Positions 50,691 through 63,262 of a DNA stretch of 64,000 bases are shown in pieces. Each line of letters opens with the position of its first letter. The stretch's first letter is position 1. Origin of the DNA: an uncultured delta proteobacterium (GTDB lineage Bacteria > Desulfobacterota > Binatia > Binatales > Binataceae); NCBI GenBank assembly GCA_963851325.1, contig CAWKOR010000001.1:2676144-2740143 (forward strand), in the 5' to 3' direction. The translations under genes and the position numbers were made by a program. A model generated the notes under the pieces. The model did not search any database, had not been told where the DNA came from, and saw only the letters and a program-made list of their open reading frames with translations.

Positions 50691-51275
50691 GTGAACATGA
50701 AAGATGAACTGACCATCCTGCTGATCCGGCACGCGGAATCAGCGCCGCCCAAAGATGGTGTCGGCGCCGAGCGCGAGCGCAATCGGCCGCTGACCGAGCG
50801 CGGTATCCGCGATGCGGAGGTCCTCGCCGAGACGCTGGCCGCGATCAAACCCGACCGCGTTTACTCGAGTCCCTATCGGCGCTCGATTCAGACCGTAGCT
50901 CCCATCGCCGCGCGCAATTCAATGGAGGTCGAGCTCATCGAGGACCTGCGCGAGCGGCTGCTTTCTCCCGCTGCGCTGCCCGACTTCCGCGACCATCTGC
51001 GACGATGCTGGCTTGATTTCGACTACGCTCCCCTCGGCGGCGAAAGCAGCGCGATCGCGCAGGCGCGGGTGAGGTCGGTGTTCGACGATTTGCGGCGACG
51101 CCATCGCGAGGGCCTGCTGGTGGTCGGGAGTCACGGGAATCTGATCAGCCTCGCGCTGCACGCGATCGAGCCTACGGTGAACTACGATTTCTGGAATGCG
51201 ATTCCGACGCCGGCGGTTTATCGCATCGCGTTCCGCGATGGCCGTGTCTGTGAATTGAGTGGTCCGGGATTTTAG
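50691..51275 (+). CDS. histidine phosphatase family protein (phosphoglycerate-mutase-like)
   Basis: RHAES catalytic motif (LIRHAESA) and C-terminal GSHGN. Confidence 0.8.
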   Translation: MNMKDELTILLIRHAESAPPKDGVGAERERNRPLTERGIRDAEVLAETLAAIKPDRVYSSPYRRSIQTVAPIAARNSMEVELIEDLRERLLSPAALPDFRDHLRRCWLDFDYAPLGGESSAIAQARVRSVFDDLRRRHREGLLVVGSHGNLISLALHAIEPTVNYDFWNAIPTPAVYRIAFRDGRVCELSGPGF

Positions 51276-51356
51276 CTTGTGTGATCGAGGATGAGCAGCA
51301 TCACGGGATGCATCATCCGGACTACGGCTATTGATTGAGATGACAATCTGAAAATG

Positions 51357-51387
51357 AAAAGGGCGGCCATCGCGGCCGCCCTTTTTT
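51357..51387. terminator. bidirectional rho-independent terminator (GGGCGGCC-atcgc-GGCCGCCC flanked by A-run and T6)
   Basis: Perfect 8-bp GC stem with TTTTTT 3' on the + strand and an A-rich 5' side (T-run on the minus strand), between convergent genes ending at 51275 and 51410. Confidence 0.8.
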
Positions 51388-51409
51388 GGCAACATCTGGT
51401 TGCAGAACA

Positions 51410-51850
51410 CTACTCCGAACCGACCTGGTAAAAAGTCACCCGCCATTCGCCGTTCCGTTGCTTCTTGACGAGGACCGTCTCGGTTTCCGCCTTCGAGTGT
51501 TCGAATGAACTGTCGTAATGGACCCGAACGTACTCGCCGGGCGGCTCGTTCTCCGGATTCTTCTCATAGGTCTGGTCCTTCAAGGAACGGCTGAGCTCCT
51601 TACCCAGCGCGGTGCGCGTCAGGGTCATCTTCTTTACGAACTTGCGCCGGTACATGGCAGCAGGTTTCATCTGCTCATCGGCTACTTCCCACGCTTCACT
51701 GTATTTGCCCTGGTCTATCATCTCGAGCCAGTGGGTTGCCGCTGCCGCGCCCTGTTTTGCCGATTCGCTGGGAGAGGTGCATCCGGCCAGGGTCGTCAGC
51801 AGCAGCGCGGTCAGCGCGATTGCCGCGAATCGTCGGACTCCCATCGTCAT
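51410..51850 (-). CDS. hypothetical lipoprotein (DUF4019-like?)
   Basis: Lipobox LLTTLAGCTS. No confident domain. Confidence 0.5.
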   Translation of the reverse strand: MTMGVRRFAAIALTALLLTTLAGCTSPSESAKQGAAAATHWLEMIDQGKYSEAWEVADEQMKPAAMYRRKFVKKMTLTRTALGKELSRSLKDQTYEKNPENEPPGEYVRVHYDSSFEHSKAETETVLVKKQRNGEWRVTFYQVGSE

Positions 51851-52704
51851 CGTGCGATCACCTCATTGCCCATTTTCTCGAGTCCGCGGGTCAGGCCCTC
51901 CTGATCGAACGCGGGAGGCGGCACTACCACCCGCGTAATGCCGATGTCCTCAAACGCCTTGAGCACCTCGGGCTTCGCGCGGCCCATGCATGACAACTCG
52001 ATATGGGTCGCGGCGCGGCCGGCCTTCTGCGCCTCGGTGGCCATCATCGCGAATAGTTCTTTGAGCTTGGGAATTTCACCGAGCGCGGGAAAGAAGCCAT
52101 CGCCATAGCGTCCCGCACGCTTCGCAGCGGCCGGCGAATGCCCACCCACGATGATCGGGATGCCGCTCTTGTTGAATGGCTTGGGGTACATCTTCACGTT
52201 ATCGAAGCTGTAATGCTTACCGTGAAAAGTCGCGGCGCCATCGCTCCAGAGTGCGCGCATCGCTTTGATCGCCTCATCGGTCATCGCGCCACGCTGGTGA
52301 AAATCCAGCCCCAGCGCCTGGAACTCTTCCGCGAGCCATCCGCTCCCGATGCCGAGCAGCAAGCGCCCCTTGGATAGCTGATCGATGGTGGCGGTTTCCT
52401 TCGCGACATAGATCGGGTGGCGCTGCGGAAGAATCAGGATGCCGGTCGCGAGTTTCAGGTTTTTGGTCAGCGCCGCGGCGAATGACAGCGGCTGCAATGG
52501 ATCGGGGATCGAAACGTCCTCACCGCCGGGAATTTTGCCGGTCGACGAGTATGGATACGGAGATTTGTAGTCGTGCGGAATGACGACATGCTCGACGGTC
52601 CAGATCGATTCGATGCCAACCTTCTCGGCGGTGGTTACGAGATGGGCGAAGAGATCGGGATTGGTGAAAGGTCCGGAATTGGCGAACATCAGACCGATTT
52701 TCAT
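51847..52704 (-). CDS. LLM class (luciferase-like) F420/flavin-dependent oxidoreductase
   Basis: Luciferase-like TIM barrel. Start at the internal Met MKIGLMF, 7 nt after GAGG. The track ORF extends further upstream. Confidence 0.8.
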   Translation of the reverse strand: MKIGLMFANSGPFTNPDLFAHLVTTAEKVGIESIWTVEHVVIPHDYKSPYPYSSTGKIPGGEDVSIPDPLQPLSFAAALTKNLKLATGILILPQRHPIYVAKETATIDQLSKGRLLLGIGSGWLAEEFQALGLDFHQRGAMTDEAIKAMRALWSDGAATFHGKHYSFDNVKMYPKPFNKSGIPIIVGGHSPAAAKRAGRYGDGFFPALGEIPKLKELFAMMATEAQKAGRAATHIELSCMGRAKPEVLKAFEDIGITRVVVPPPAFDQEGLTRGLEKMGNEVIAR

Positions 52705-52927
52705 AGCTGCCTCGCAAGTAGTGGATTCGCGACAATTTAGCGCGGGCACGCAAATGAATGAAACGCATTTCGCCAAGTCGAGGAGAGTGCTTTTGTTAGG
52801 CTGAGGATCTTGGCGTGCCGAAGAACAGAAAGCTGACGCGTGTCGTAATTGATGACGATGCTTTGATTGAAGAGGCAATGCGCCAGCCTTGAGCATCGGG
52901 CGATGCCTGCGCTACTTAGGGATCACT

Positions 52928-53803
52928 ATGGAACTCGGAAAAGTTGGATTGTGGTTTTTCCTCGATGCGATGACTGCGCCGCAAAGCGCGGAGTTCGCGC
53001 AAAAGGTCGAAAAACTCGGCTACCAAACCCTCTGGATTCCCGAGGCGGTCGGCCGCGAACCATTTCCCCATGCGGCTTATCTGCTCGACAAGACCAGCCG
53101 CCTCAACATCGCCACCGGCATCGCCAATATTTATGGACGCGACCCGATTACGATGTCGGCCGCTTCCAAGACGGTGGCGGAGCTCTCCGGCGGACGCTTT
53201 CTGCTTGGAATCGGCGTAAGTCACAAGCCGCTGGTCAGCAATCTGCGCGGGCACAGCTATGACAAGCCCTACTCCTACATGAAGGAGTATCTGCCCAAGA
53301 TGAAGAGTGCCCTCTATCAGGCGCCCGCGCCCAAGGAGCCGGTGCCGGTGGTGCTGGCCGCGCTGCATCCCAAAATGCTCGCGCTCTGCGCCGCCGAGAC
53401 ACAGGGGACGCATACCTACTTCGTGCCGCCGGAGCATACCGCCAAGGTCCGCGCGCAAATCGGTCCGAAGCCGTGGATCTGCGTCGAGCAGAAGGTCATC
53501 CTCGACACCGACGCCAGCAAGGCTCGCACCGCCGCGCGCCACTTCATGAAGACCTACGTGCCGCGGCTGCCCAACTACACCAACAACCTCAAGAACCTGG
53601 GGTGGAAGGACGAGGAGTTCGAGAACGGATGCAGCGATCGGCTGGTCGATGCGATCGTAGCGTGGGGCACCGAGACCCAAATCAACGATCGCATCCAGGC
53701 GCATTTCAAAGCGGGCGCCACCCACGTCTGCATCCAGCCACTGCGCACCGACATGGCGAACTTGCCTGATGAACGTGCGATGGAAGCATTGGCGCCGAAA
53801 TAA
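52928..53803 (+). CDS. LLM class (luciferase-like) F420/flavin-dependent oxidoreductase
   Basis: Luciferase-like TIM barrel (MELGKVGLWFFLDAMT...). Start at the internal Met. Confidence 0.8.
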   Translation: MELGKVGLWFFLDAMTAPQSAEFAQKVEKLGYQTLWIPEAVGREPFPHAAYLLDKTSRLNIATGIANIYGRDPITMSAASKTVAELSGGRFLLGIGVSHKPLVSNLRGHSYDKPYSYMKEYLPKMKSALYQAPAPKEPVPVVLAALHPKMLALCAAETQGTHTYFVPPEHTAKVRAQIGPKPWICVEQKVILDTDASKARTAARHFMKTYVPRLPNYTNNLKNLGWKDEEFENGCSDRLVDAIVAWGTETQINDRIQAHFKAGATHVCIQPLRTDMANLPDERAMEALAPK

Positions 53804-53904
53804 GCTCCTACCGTTTGGAAAATCGTAAATTTTGCGAAAGTCGACCGCGCTCCGATAACGGAGCGCGGTCTGCTAGGATCGGCGCTTCGTTTGGGGCCGT
53901 AGCT

Positions 53905-54366
53905 ATGCCACTCGCATCGAAATCACTCCACATTGGAAGGACACTGGGTATCGGCGCATCGTTGGTGCTCGCGGTTGCCATGGCGGGATGCTCTGCCGTC
54001 CGCGAGAAAGATGCTGAGGATGCCGAGGCTGCTGCCGCGCGCTCACAGGCATCGGCGGAGCGCGCGGAACAAGCAGCTGATAAGGCGCTCGAATCTTCCG
54101 CAGCCGCGATGAAAGCCGCGGACCATGCGGCCGCCGCGGTCAAGGAAGCGACCAAGGAAATGGATCGCGTCTCGGCGCACCTCGAGCAATTGCTGAAGGA
54201 GCGCGAGGCGGAGGAGGCCGAGGACGCGGCGGAGGAGGCCAAGCCGAAGCCTCATCATCATAAGACCGCCGCGGTCGCGAACAATTCATCGGCGGAGGAC
54301 AAATCGGCGAATATTACGCGCGCAAGCAACCCCTCGCCGGCCGCAACTGCCTCGCCGGCGCGGTAG
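53905..54366 (+). CDS. hypothetical lipoprotein with Ala/Glu-rich coiled-coil region
   Basis: Signal/lipobox LAVAMAGCSA, then an Ala/Glu-rich helical low-complexity region and a His-rich patch (KPHHHKT). Confidence 0.45.
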   Translation: MPLASKSLHIGRTLGIGASLVLAVAMAGCSAVREKDAEDAEAAAARSQASAERAEQAADKALESSAAAMKAADHAAAAVKEATKEMDRVSAHLEQLLKEREAEEAEDAAEEAKPKPHHHKTAAVANNSSAEDKSANITRASNPSPAATASPAR

Positions 54367-54399
54367 CGCGGCCAAGCTCAACAACCCGAGGTAGAGCCT

Positions 54400-55455
54400 A
54401 TGCCTGCCAGCTCGAAATTTTCGCATCGCCAGAGCGAAGAAGACCTCACTCCCGAGGAACTCGAGGCTCGCCGCCGCGCGGCCGAGGTCCGCGGTGAGTT
54501 GCTCGCGCCCAAAACCCGCCGCCACGCATGGCTCAACATTGCGGGTCCACTGGGCGCCGTGGCGATCGCGATCATGCTTGCGGCGTTCTACAAAAATCCC
54601 ATCGGCGTGCTGCGCTGGGTGCAATCCACCAGCCTCGGCTGGTCGGGCGTCACCAAGGCCGAAGTCGGTCTCGACGAAGGGTTGATGACCTACTACATCA
54701 ACGGCGGCTATCCAAACATGGATCCCGTCATCATGATCCATGGTCTCGGGCCCAATGCCGCGCTGGTATGGCGCGACGTGATGGCGCCGATCGGCGCGGG
54801 TCACTACAAGGTGATGGCGCCCAACCTGTATGGGTTCGCGGATTCCGAGCACCGGCAGGTCGATCATTCGATCGCATACCAGGCAGCCGCGATCGGCAAG
54901 TTCATCGACCAGATGCAAATCGACAAGATCAATCTGATCGGATGGGACATCGGCGCCGACGTCGCGCTCTACTATGCGGTGGATCATCCCGACAAGGTGG
55001 AGAGATTGATCCTGGTCTCGGGTGGTCTGTTCGGCGAGGCCGCTGCCAAGAAGCTGCGCCAGGATTTGTTGCCGACTTCGATCGAGGCAATGCAGCAGCA
55101 GGCGAAAGACAGCTTCTTCGATCTGCCCACGATGCCGGGCTTCATCTACGAACGCATGATGGAACAGCTCTCGGGCGACTTGCAGGCGGAAACCGAGATG
55201 CTCAATTCGATTCCCCGCGACGAAGGCCACATCCGTTCGCGGCTGGGGCAAATTTTCAACCTGCTTACGGTCATTACCTGGGGCGGCAAGGACCCGTATT
55301 TCGGCGCGCACCAGGGCGAGGCGATTCACGGAGCGCTGCCCGGGTCGGCGACGATCGTGTTCAAGACCTCGGGCCATTACCCGCAACTCGAGCATCCGGA
55401 AGAGTTCACCGACTCGATCCTGTTTGTGTTCAAGCAGACTGAGGGTGGGCAGTGA
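54400..55455 (+). CDS. alpha/beta hydrolase with Asp nucleophile (epoxide hydrolase / haloalkane dehalogenase-like), N-terminal TM anchor
   Basis: HGLGPN oxyanion motif and nucleophile elbow GWDIG (Asp in place of Ser). TM segment LNIAGPLGAVAIAIMLAAF. Confidence 0.7.
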   Translation: MPASSKFSHRQSEEDLTPEELEARRRAAEVRGELLAPKTRRHAWLNIAGPLGAVAIAIMLAAFYKNPIGVLRWVQSTSLGWSGVTKAEVGLDEGLMTYYINGGYPNMDPVIMIHGLGPNAALVWRDVMAPIGAGHYKVMAPNLYGFADSEHRQVDHSIAYQAAAIGKFIDQMQIDKINLIGWDIGADVALYYAVDHPDKVERLILVSGGLFGEAAAKKLRQDLLPTSIEAMQQQAKDSFFDLPTMPGFIYERMMEQLSGDLQAETEMLNSIPRDEGHIRSRLGQIFNLLTVITWGGKDPYFGAHQGEAIHGALPGSATIVFKTSGHYPQLEHPEEFTDSILFVFKQTEGGQ

Positions 55456-55509
55456 GCTTGCCATTGCGGCGGACGTTTTGAGATAAGCGATCCACAACGA
55501 GGAGCATCA

Positions 55510-56151
55510 ATGAAACTTTATCAAAGCAATCTCTCCAACTACGCAACCAAGACGCGAATTGTGATCTACGAGAAGGGGCTCAAGGTCGATTTCGTTGATC
55601 CGCCGGGCGGGCTCCATTCGGCGGAGTATCAGAAGATCAATCCACTGGACAAAATCCCCTGCCTCGATGTCGATGGGCTCATCATTCCGGAGTCCGAAAT
55701 CATCAACGAGTATCTCGAAGAGAAATATCCCGAGAAACCGCTGCTGCCGAAATCACCGGAAGCGCGCGCCAAGGTTCGCCTCTTCGGCCGCTTCCACGAT
55801 CTCTACCTCGAGCCGCCGCTGCGCGCGCTGTTCGGGCAAATGAATCCCAAGGCGCGCGATGACAAAGTCGTCAACGAGAAGCTGACTGAGGTAAACAAGC
55901 GCCTCGACGAGCTGGAGAAGATGCTCGGTGAGAGCGGCTTCGCGGCGGGCGCCGATTTTACTCTGGCCGATTGCTCGGTCGCGCCGACGATTTTCTTCTG
56001 CAACGCGCTGCTGCCCTCATTCGGCGCCAAACCGCCGTTGGAGGGGCGTCCCAAGATCGCGTCATGGTGGACTCACGTGCAGACGCGCCCGTCAGTGAAG
56101 AAGGGCCTCGGCGAGATGCAGGAAGCGCTCGCGGCAATGAACAGGAAATAG
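55510..56151 (+). CDS. glutathione S-transferase
   Basis: N-terminal thioredoxin-like GST domain (MKLYQSNLSNYATKTRIVIYEKGL...) and a C-terminal alpha domain. GAGGAG RBS. Confidence 0.85.
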   Translation: MKLYQSNLSNYATKTRIVIYEKGLKVDFVDPPGGLHSAEYQKINPLDKIPCLDVDGLIIPESEIINEYLEEKYPEKPLLPKSPEARAKVRLFGRFHDLYLEPPLRALFGQMNPKARDDKVVNEKLTEVNKRLDELEKMLGESGFAAGADFTLADCSVAPTIFFCNALLPSFGAKPPLEGRPKIASWWTHVQTRPSVKKGLGEMQEALAAMNRK

Positions 56152-56195
56152 ATCCAAAACACGCCAGGCCGCAAAATTCGGCCGGGTGGAGCTAA

Positions 56196-56224
56196 GCGGC
56201 ATCCGAGAGGGTGCCGCTTTTTTT
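56196..56224 (+). terminator. rho-independent terminator (GCGGCA-tccgagagggt-TGCCGC followed by T7)
   Basis: 6-bp stem plus TTTTTTT, 45 nt downstream of the GST stop. Confidence 0.7.
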
Positions 56225-56591
56225 CGAGTTGTCGCTCGCAAGCTCCCTGATCTAATTTCGCGCGCGAAAGAAAATGTCCCAGGCATCCCAACACGATTGG
56301 AGGGAACCGGCGTTCGTGGAAGCTCAAACCAGGTACCGACGGTGCCGGAGTGCGCGGGCGGGTTTGCCAACCTCGCGGTCGCGAAGACCCGCATCCTGCA
56401 AAGCAGCCGCCTCAACATCAACAGCCTGTCGAAAGGAAAACATCTGTTCCAGTGCTGCATCCATCCGTGGATGCGGATGGAGGTAGACGTGAAATAGCCT
56501 GCTGGTTCGGCTGTGAGCGATGGGACCCCGAAATCGGCGATAGGATGGCGAAAGTAGCACCACCAGTCACAACCTGATATCATCAAGAGAA

Positions 56592-56625
56592 CGGCGCCCG
56601 CAGGGGTGCCGTTCCCTTTTCGGAG
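56592..56625 (+). terminator. terminator-like hairpin (AACGGCGCC-cgcagg-GGTGCCGTT followed by CCCTTTTC)
   Basis: 9-bp stem with one wobble and a short T-run, at the end of an ~400-nt noncoding stretch. Confidence 0.4.
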
Positions 56626-56643
56626 CGGAGGAATCGCGCGGAT

Positions 56644-56983
56644 GCGAAATTACATAAACGAACCCACCGCGAGCATCGCGAGCGGTGGTCCTGAGGCTCT
56701 GCGAAGGACCTCGAATTGCACCATGCCGAATGCTCAAATCGCAAAAACAAACCCACGGCGAACATCGTGAGCAGTGGTCCTGAGGCTCTGCGAAGGACCT
56801 CGAATTGCACCATGCCGAATGCTCAAATCGCAAAAACAAACCCACTGCGAACATCGTGAGCAGTGGTCCTGAGCGTCCTCGCGAAGGACCTCAGATGGCA
56901 CGGTGACGATCGCGAAATGCATAAACGAACCCACCGCCCAGCTCGGTGGACATTCGAAGTGCAAAAACAAACCCACTGCAAGG
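56644..56983. repeat. intergenic repeat locus C: ~89-bp tandem array (about 3.5 units) carrying motifs GCGAAAT(T/G)(A/C)CATAAACGAACCCACCGC and GCAAAAACAAACCCAC(G/T)GC, each followed by a hairpin whose 3' arm is complementary to CCAC(C/T)GC
   Basis: Units start at about 56644, 56740, 56829 and 56912/56959. Units 2 and 3 are near-identical over 89 bp. Recurrent 6-bp hairpin GGTCCT-N12-AGGACC. Same motif family as loci A and B. A further 8-bp palindrome GGCGATAT...ATATCGCC at 57009-57033. Confidence 0.75.
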
Positions 56984-57066
56984 ATCAGGAGAATGGATGG
57001 TGTAACGTGGCGATATCATTAGGAAATATCGCCACTCAGAAGCAGCGAGCTACGGCAAAAGTCCGC

Positions 57067-58227
57067 TCACATCGAGGCATACAGCGCGTTGAACAGGCGC
57101 GCCGCGCGCGGGTCCAGCAGCGGATCGGATCCCATCTGGTTCATCGTGTAGCCGAACCCGACTTTCGCCGTGGGGTCTGCGAAACCGAGCGAGCCGCCCG
57201 CGCCCGGATGCCCAAAGGTATGCGGGTTGGGTCCCAGTTCAACGCCCGGCTGCGACAGCATGAAGCCCAAGCCGACCCGGGTCTTCTGCTTGAGGACCTC
57301 GTCCATGCCGAATGACTGCTCGGTGTAGCATCGCTCGATGCTCCCCGGGGTCAGCACGCGATAGCCGTCTATTTCGCCGCCACGGGCAAGCGCCGCGTAT
57401 GCCTTGGCAATCGAGCGCGCCGTCGCATGACCATTGGCCGATGGCAGTTCCATCCCGCGCCATGCGCGGCTGTTGACGACGCCGGGGTCGAGCACCGCCC
57501 CGGGGTTCATGATCGCCTTGAAGGTGATCGATTCGGGATCGGCCATCAGGGCGGCGAGCGGATTCACTTCTCCGGGGCCAGAGGGCGGCGCGGGAATGAT
57601 GTTGGTAGTTCGCGAATCGTCCTTCGCATCGAGGCCTATATGAGCGTCGAGGCCGAGCGGAGTGACTATTTCATCGCGGAAGTAAGTACCCAGAGTTTTG
57701 CCACTCGCGCGCCTGACTACCTCGCCCACCAGCCATCCGTAGGTAATCGCATGGTAGCCGTGTTTGGTTCCCGGCACCCACCACGGTTCTTGCGCCGCGA
57801 GGGCGTCAGTCATGGTCTTCCAATCGTACAATGCCTCGGGTGGAAGCGTCTTCCGGATCGCGGGCAATCCGGCGCGATGGCTCAACAGAAATCGCACCGG
57901 AAGTTTATCCTTGCCGGCTTGTGCGAACTCCGGCCAGTACTTCGCAACCGGCGCATCGAGATCGAGTTTGCCCTGATCTACCAGGCGATGCGCGCACATC
58001 GCAGCGAGACCCTTGGTGGTCGAATAGATGTTCACCAGGGTGTCGCGCGTCCACGGCCGGGTGCGCGCCTGATCGGTGTGGCCACCCCACAGATCGACTA
58101 CCAGCTTGCCGTCGATATACATCGCGACCGAAGCGCCGACTTCATTGGTGGTTTCGAAGTTGGCGGCAAAGGCGCCCTTGACGCGGTTGAAACGAGGATC
58201 GCAAGTTCCCTCGATGCTAATCGCCAT
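57067..58227 (-). CDS. serine hydrolase, beta-lactamase/transpeptidase-like (class C beta-lactamase / EstB family)
   Basis: S-x-x-K motif STTK, followed by YxN-like and KTG-like elements. Confidence 0.85.
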   Translation of the reverse strand: MAISIEGTCDPRFNRVKGAFAANFETTNEVGASVAMYIDGKLVVDLWGGHTDQARTRPWTRDTLVNIYSTTKGLAAMCAHRLVDQGKLDLDAPVAKYWPEFAQAGKDKLPVRFLLSHRAGLPAIRKTLPPEALYDWKTMTDALAAQEPWWVPGTKHGYHAITYGWLVGEVVRRASGKTLGTYFRDEIVTPLGLDAHIGLDAKDDSRTTNIIPAPPSGPGEVNPLAALMADPESITFKAIMNPGAVLDPGVVNSRAWRGMELPSANGHATARSIAKAYAALARGGEIDGYRVLTPGSIERCYTEQSFGMDEVLKQKTRVGLGFMLSQPGVELGPNPHTFGHPGAGGSLGFADPTAKVGFGYTMNQMGSDPLLDPRAARLFNALYASM

Positions 58228-58291
58228 TATGTCTTTCTCCCGATCGCCAACCAGCTATTCGACTGAGTAATCCATTGACTAGCCAATCTAA

Positions 58292-59167
58292 CTAGCCAAT
58301 CCGGGTCGTGTCGGCCGGTTCGTTGATTACGCGATGCTCGATGCTGCCGATTCCTTCGACCTCGATCTTCACCACGTCGCCGGCCTTCAACCACTTGGGC
58401 GGTTTCATAGCCGCCGCGACGCCGCCCGGCGTTCCGGTTGAGATGATGGTGCCGGGCAGCAGCGTGCAAACCGTCGAAAGAGTCTCGACCTGCGCGAAGC
58501 AATCGAAGATCAGGTTTTTGGTGTTCGAATGCTGCCGGAGTTCGCCATTTACCCAGGTGCGCAATTCGAGTTTGTGGGGGTCGGTCATTTCGTCAGTCGT
58601 GACGATCCACGGCCCGATCGGGCCATGGGTGTCGAATGACTTGCCCAGCGTCATGGTCTGCGCGCGCCGCTGCCAGTCCCGCACGCTCACATCGTCGACG
58701 ATCAGATAGCCCGCGATCACTTCATGCGCGCGGGCGCGCGGGACGTGACGGCAGCGCTTGCCGATAACGATGCCGAGTTCGCCTTCGTAGTCGAGCGCTT
58801 CCGACACGCGCGGCAGATGAATCGGATCGAAGGGCGCGTTGACGCAGGTCGACTGCTTGTTGAAGAACATCGGAAACTCGGGCTGCTTCATTCCGGTTTC
58901 GGCCACGTGGTCGGCGTAGTTGAGCCCGATCGCGAGAAACTCGGGCGGCCGCGCCACCGGCGCTTCGAGCTTCACTTCCGTCAGCGGAAACGATCGCACC
59001 TTGTCGCGAACCGCGATGCGCGCGCGATCGAGCGCATCCTTGCCGGCGATGAGGAACGAGACCATATCGCGCGGAAGTTCCGCCACCGCGCCAAGGTCGA
59101 CAATCGAATCATCGACCACCACGCCGATCCGGGTGACGTTGTTATGGGTAAAGCTGGCGAGCCTCAT
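58292..59167 (-). CDS. fumarylacetoacetate hydrolase (FAH) family protein (2-keto-4-pentenoate hydratase / HpaG-like)
   Basis: FAH fold motifs (GLNYADH, DYEGELGIVIGK, ISTGTPGGV). Confidence 0.85.
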   Translation of the reverse strand: MRLASFTHNNVTRIGVVVDDSIVDLGAVAELPRDMVSFLIAGKDALDRARIAVRDKVRSFPLTEVKLEAPVARPPEFLAIGLNYADHVAETGMKQPEFPMFFNKQSTCVNAPFDPIHLPRVSEALDYEGELGIVIGKRCRHVPRARAHEVIAGYLIVDDVSVRDWQRRAQTMTLGKSFDTHGPIGPWIVTTDEMTDPHKLELRTWVNGELRQHSNTKNLIFDCFAQVETLSTVCTLLPGTIISTGTPGGVAAAMKPPKWLKAGDVVKIEVEGIGSIEHRVINEPADTTRIG

Positions 59168-59177
59168 GTTGCTCCTG

Positions 59178-59771
<594 letters not shown>

Positions 59772-60070
59772 GTTGCGCCTCCTCGAATGTGCGTCGTCAT
59801 GGCGACCATAGATCGATGATCGCGGCGCGGCAATCGTCCGTGGGCCACCTCGGGCCGGCACCTCGGTCGCATCGAGGCCACCGGGATGTGGCAGAAGTGC
59901 TCTTGCGGGGCTCCCAGATTGCGACACAGAGAGCGTTAGCATCTCGCAACCGGCGCGGAAGCCGATTGAAAGGGTCCAATCCGATGGCATGACCGTTGCG
60001 TTTCTCCGATCCGGGGGGCTGATCCGCGAACTCGCCGGAGCGCGCGGTTCAGTTCAATGGTCAGAGAAAA

Positions 60071-63262
<3,192 letters not shown>

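Noticed and set aside
54286-55497. 403-aa minus-strand ORF
   Set aside because: Antisense to the alpha/beta hydrolase (54400..55455), which has clear HGxP and nucleophile-elbow motifs on the + strand.
56092-56586. 164-aa minus-strand ORF overlapping the GST 3' end and the downstream noncoding stretch
   Set aside because: Overlaps the GST coding end and its terminator. Trp/Cys/Arg-rich composition without motifs. No RBS.
56644-56983. Possible CRISPR array
   Set aside because: Repeat units are about 89 bp with internal hairpins rather than 24-48-bp repeats alternating with unique spacers of constant length. Successive units are near-identical throughout, and no cas genes occur in the window.
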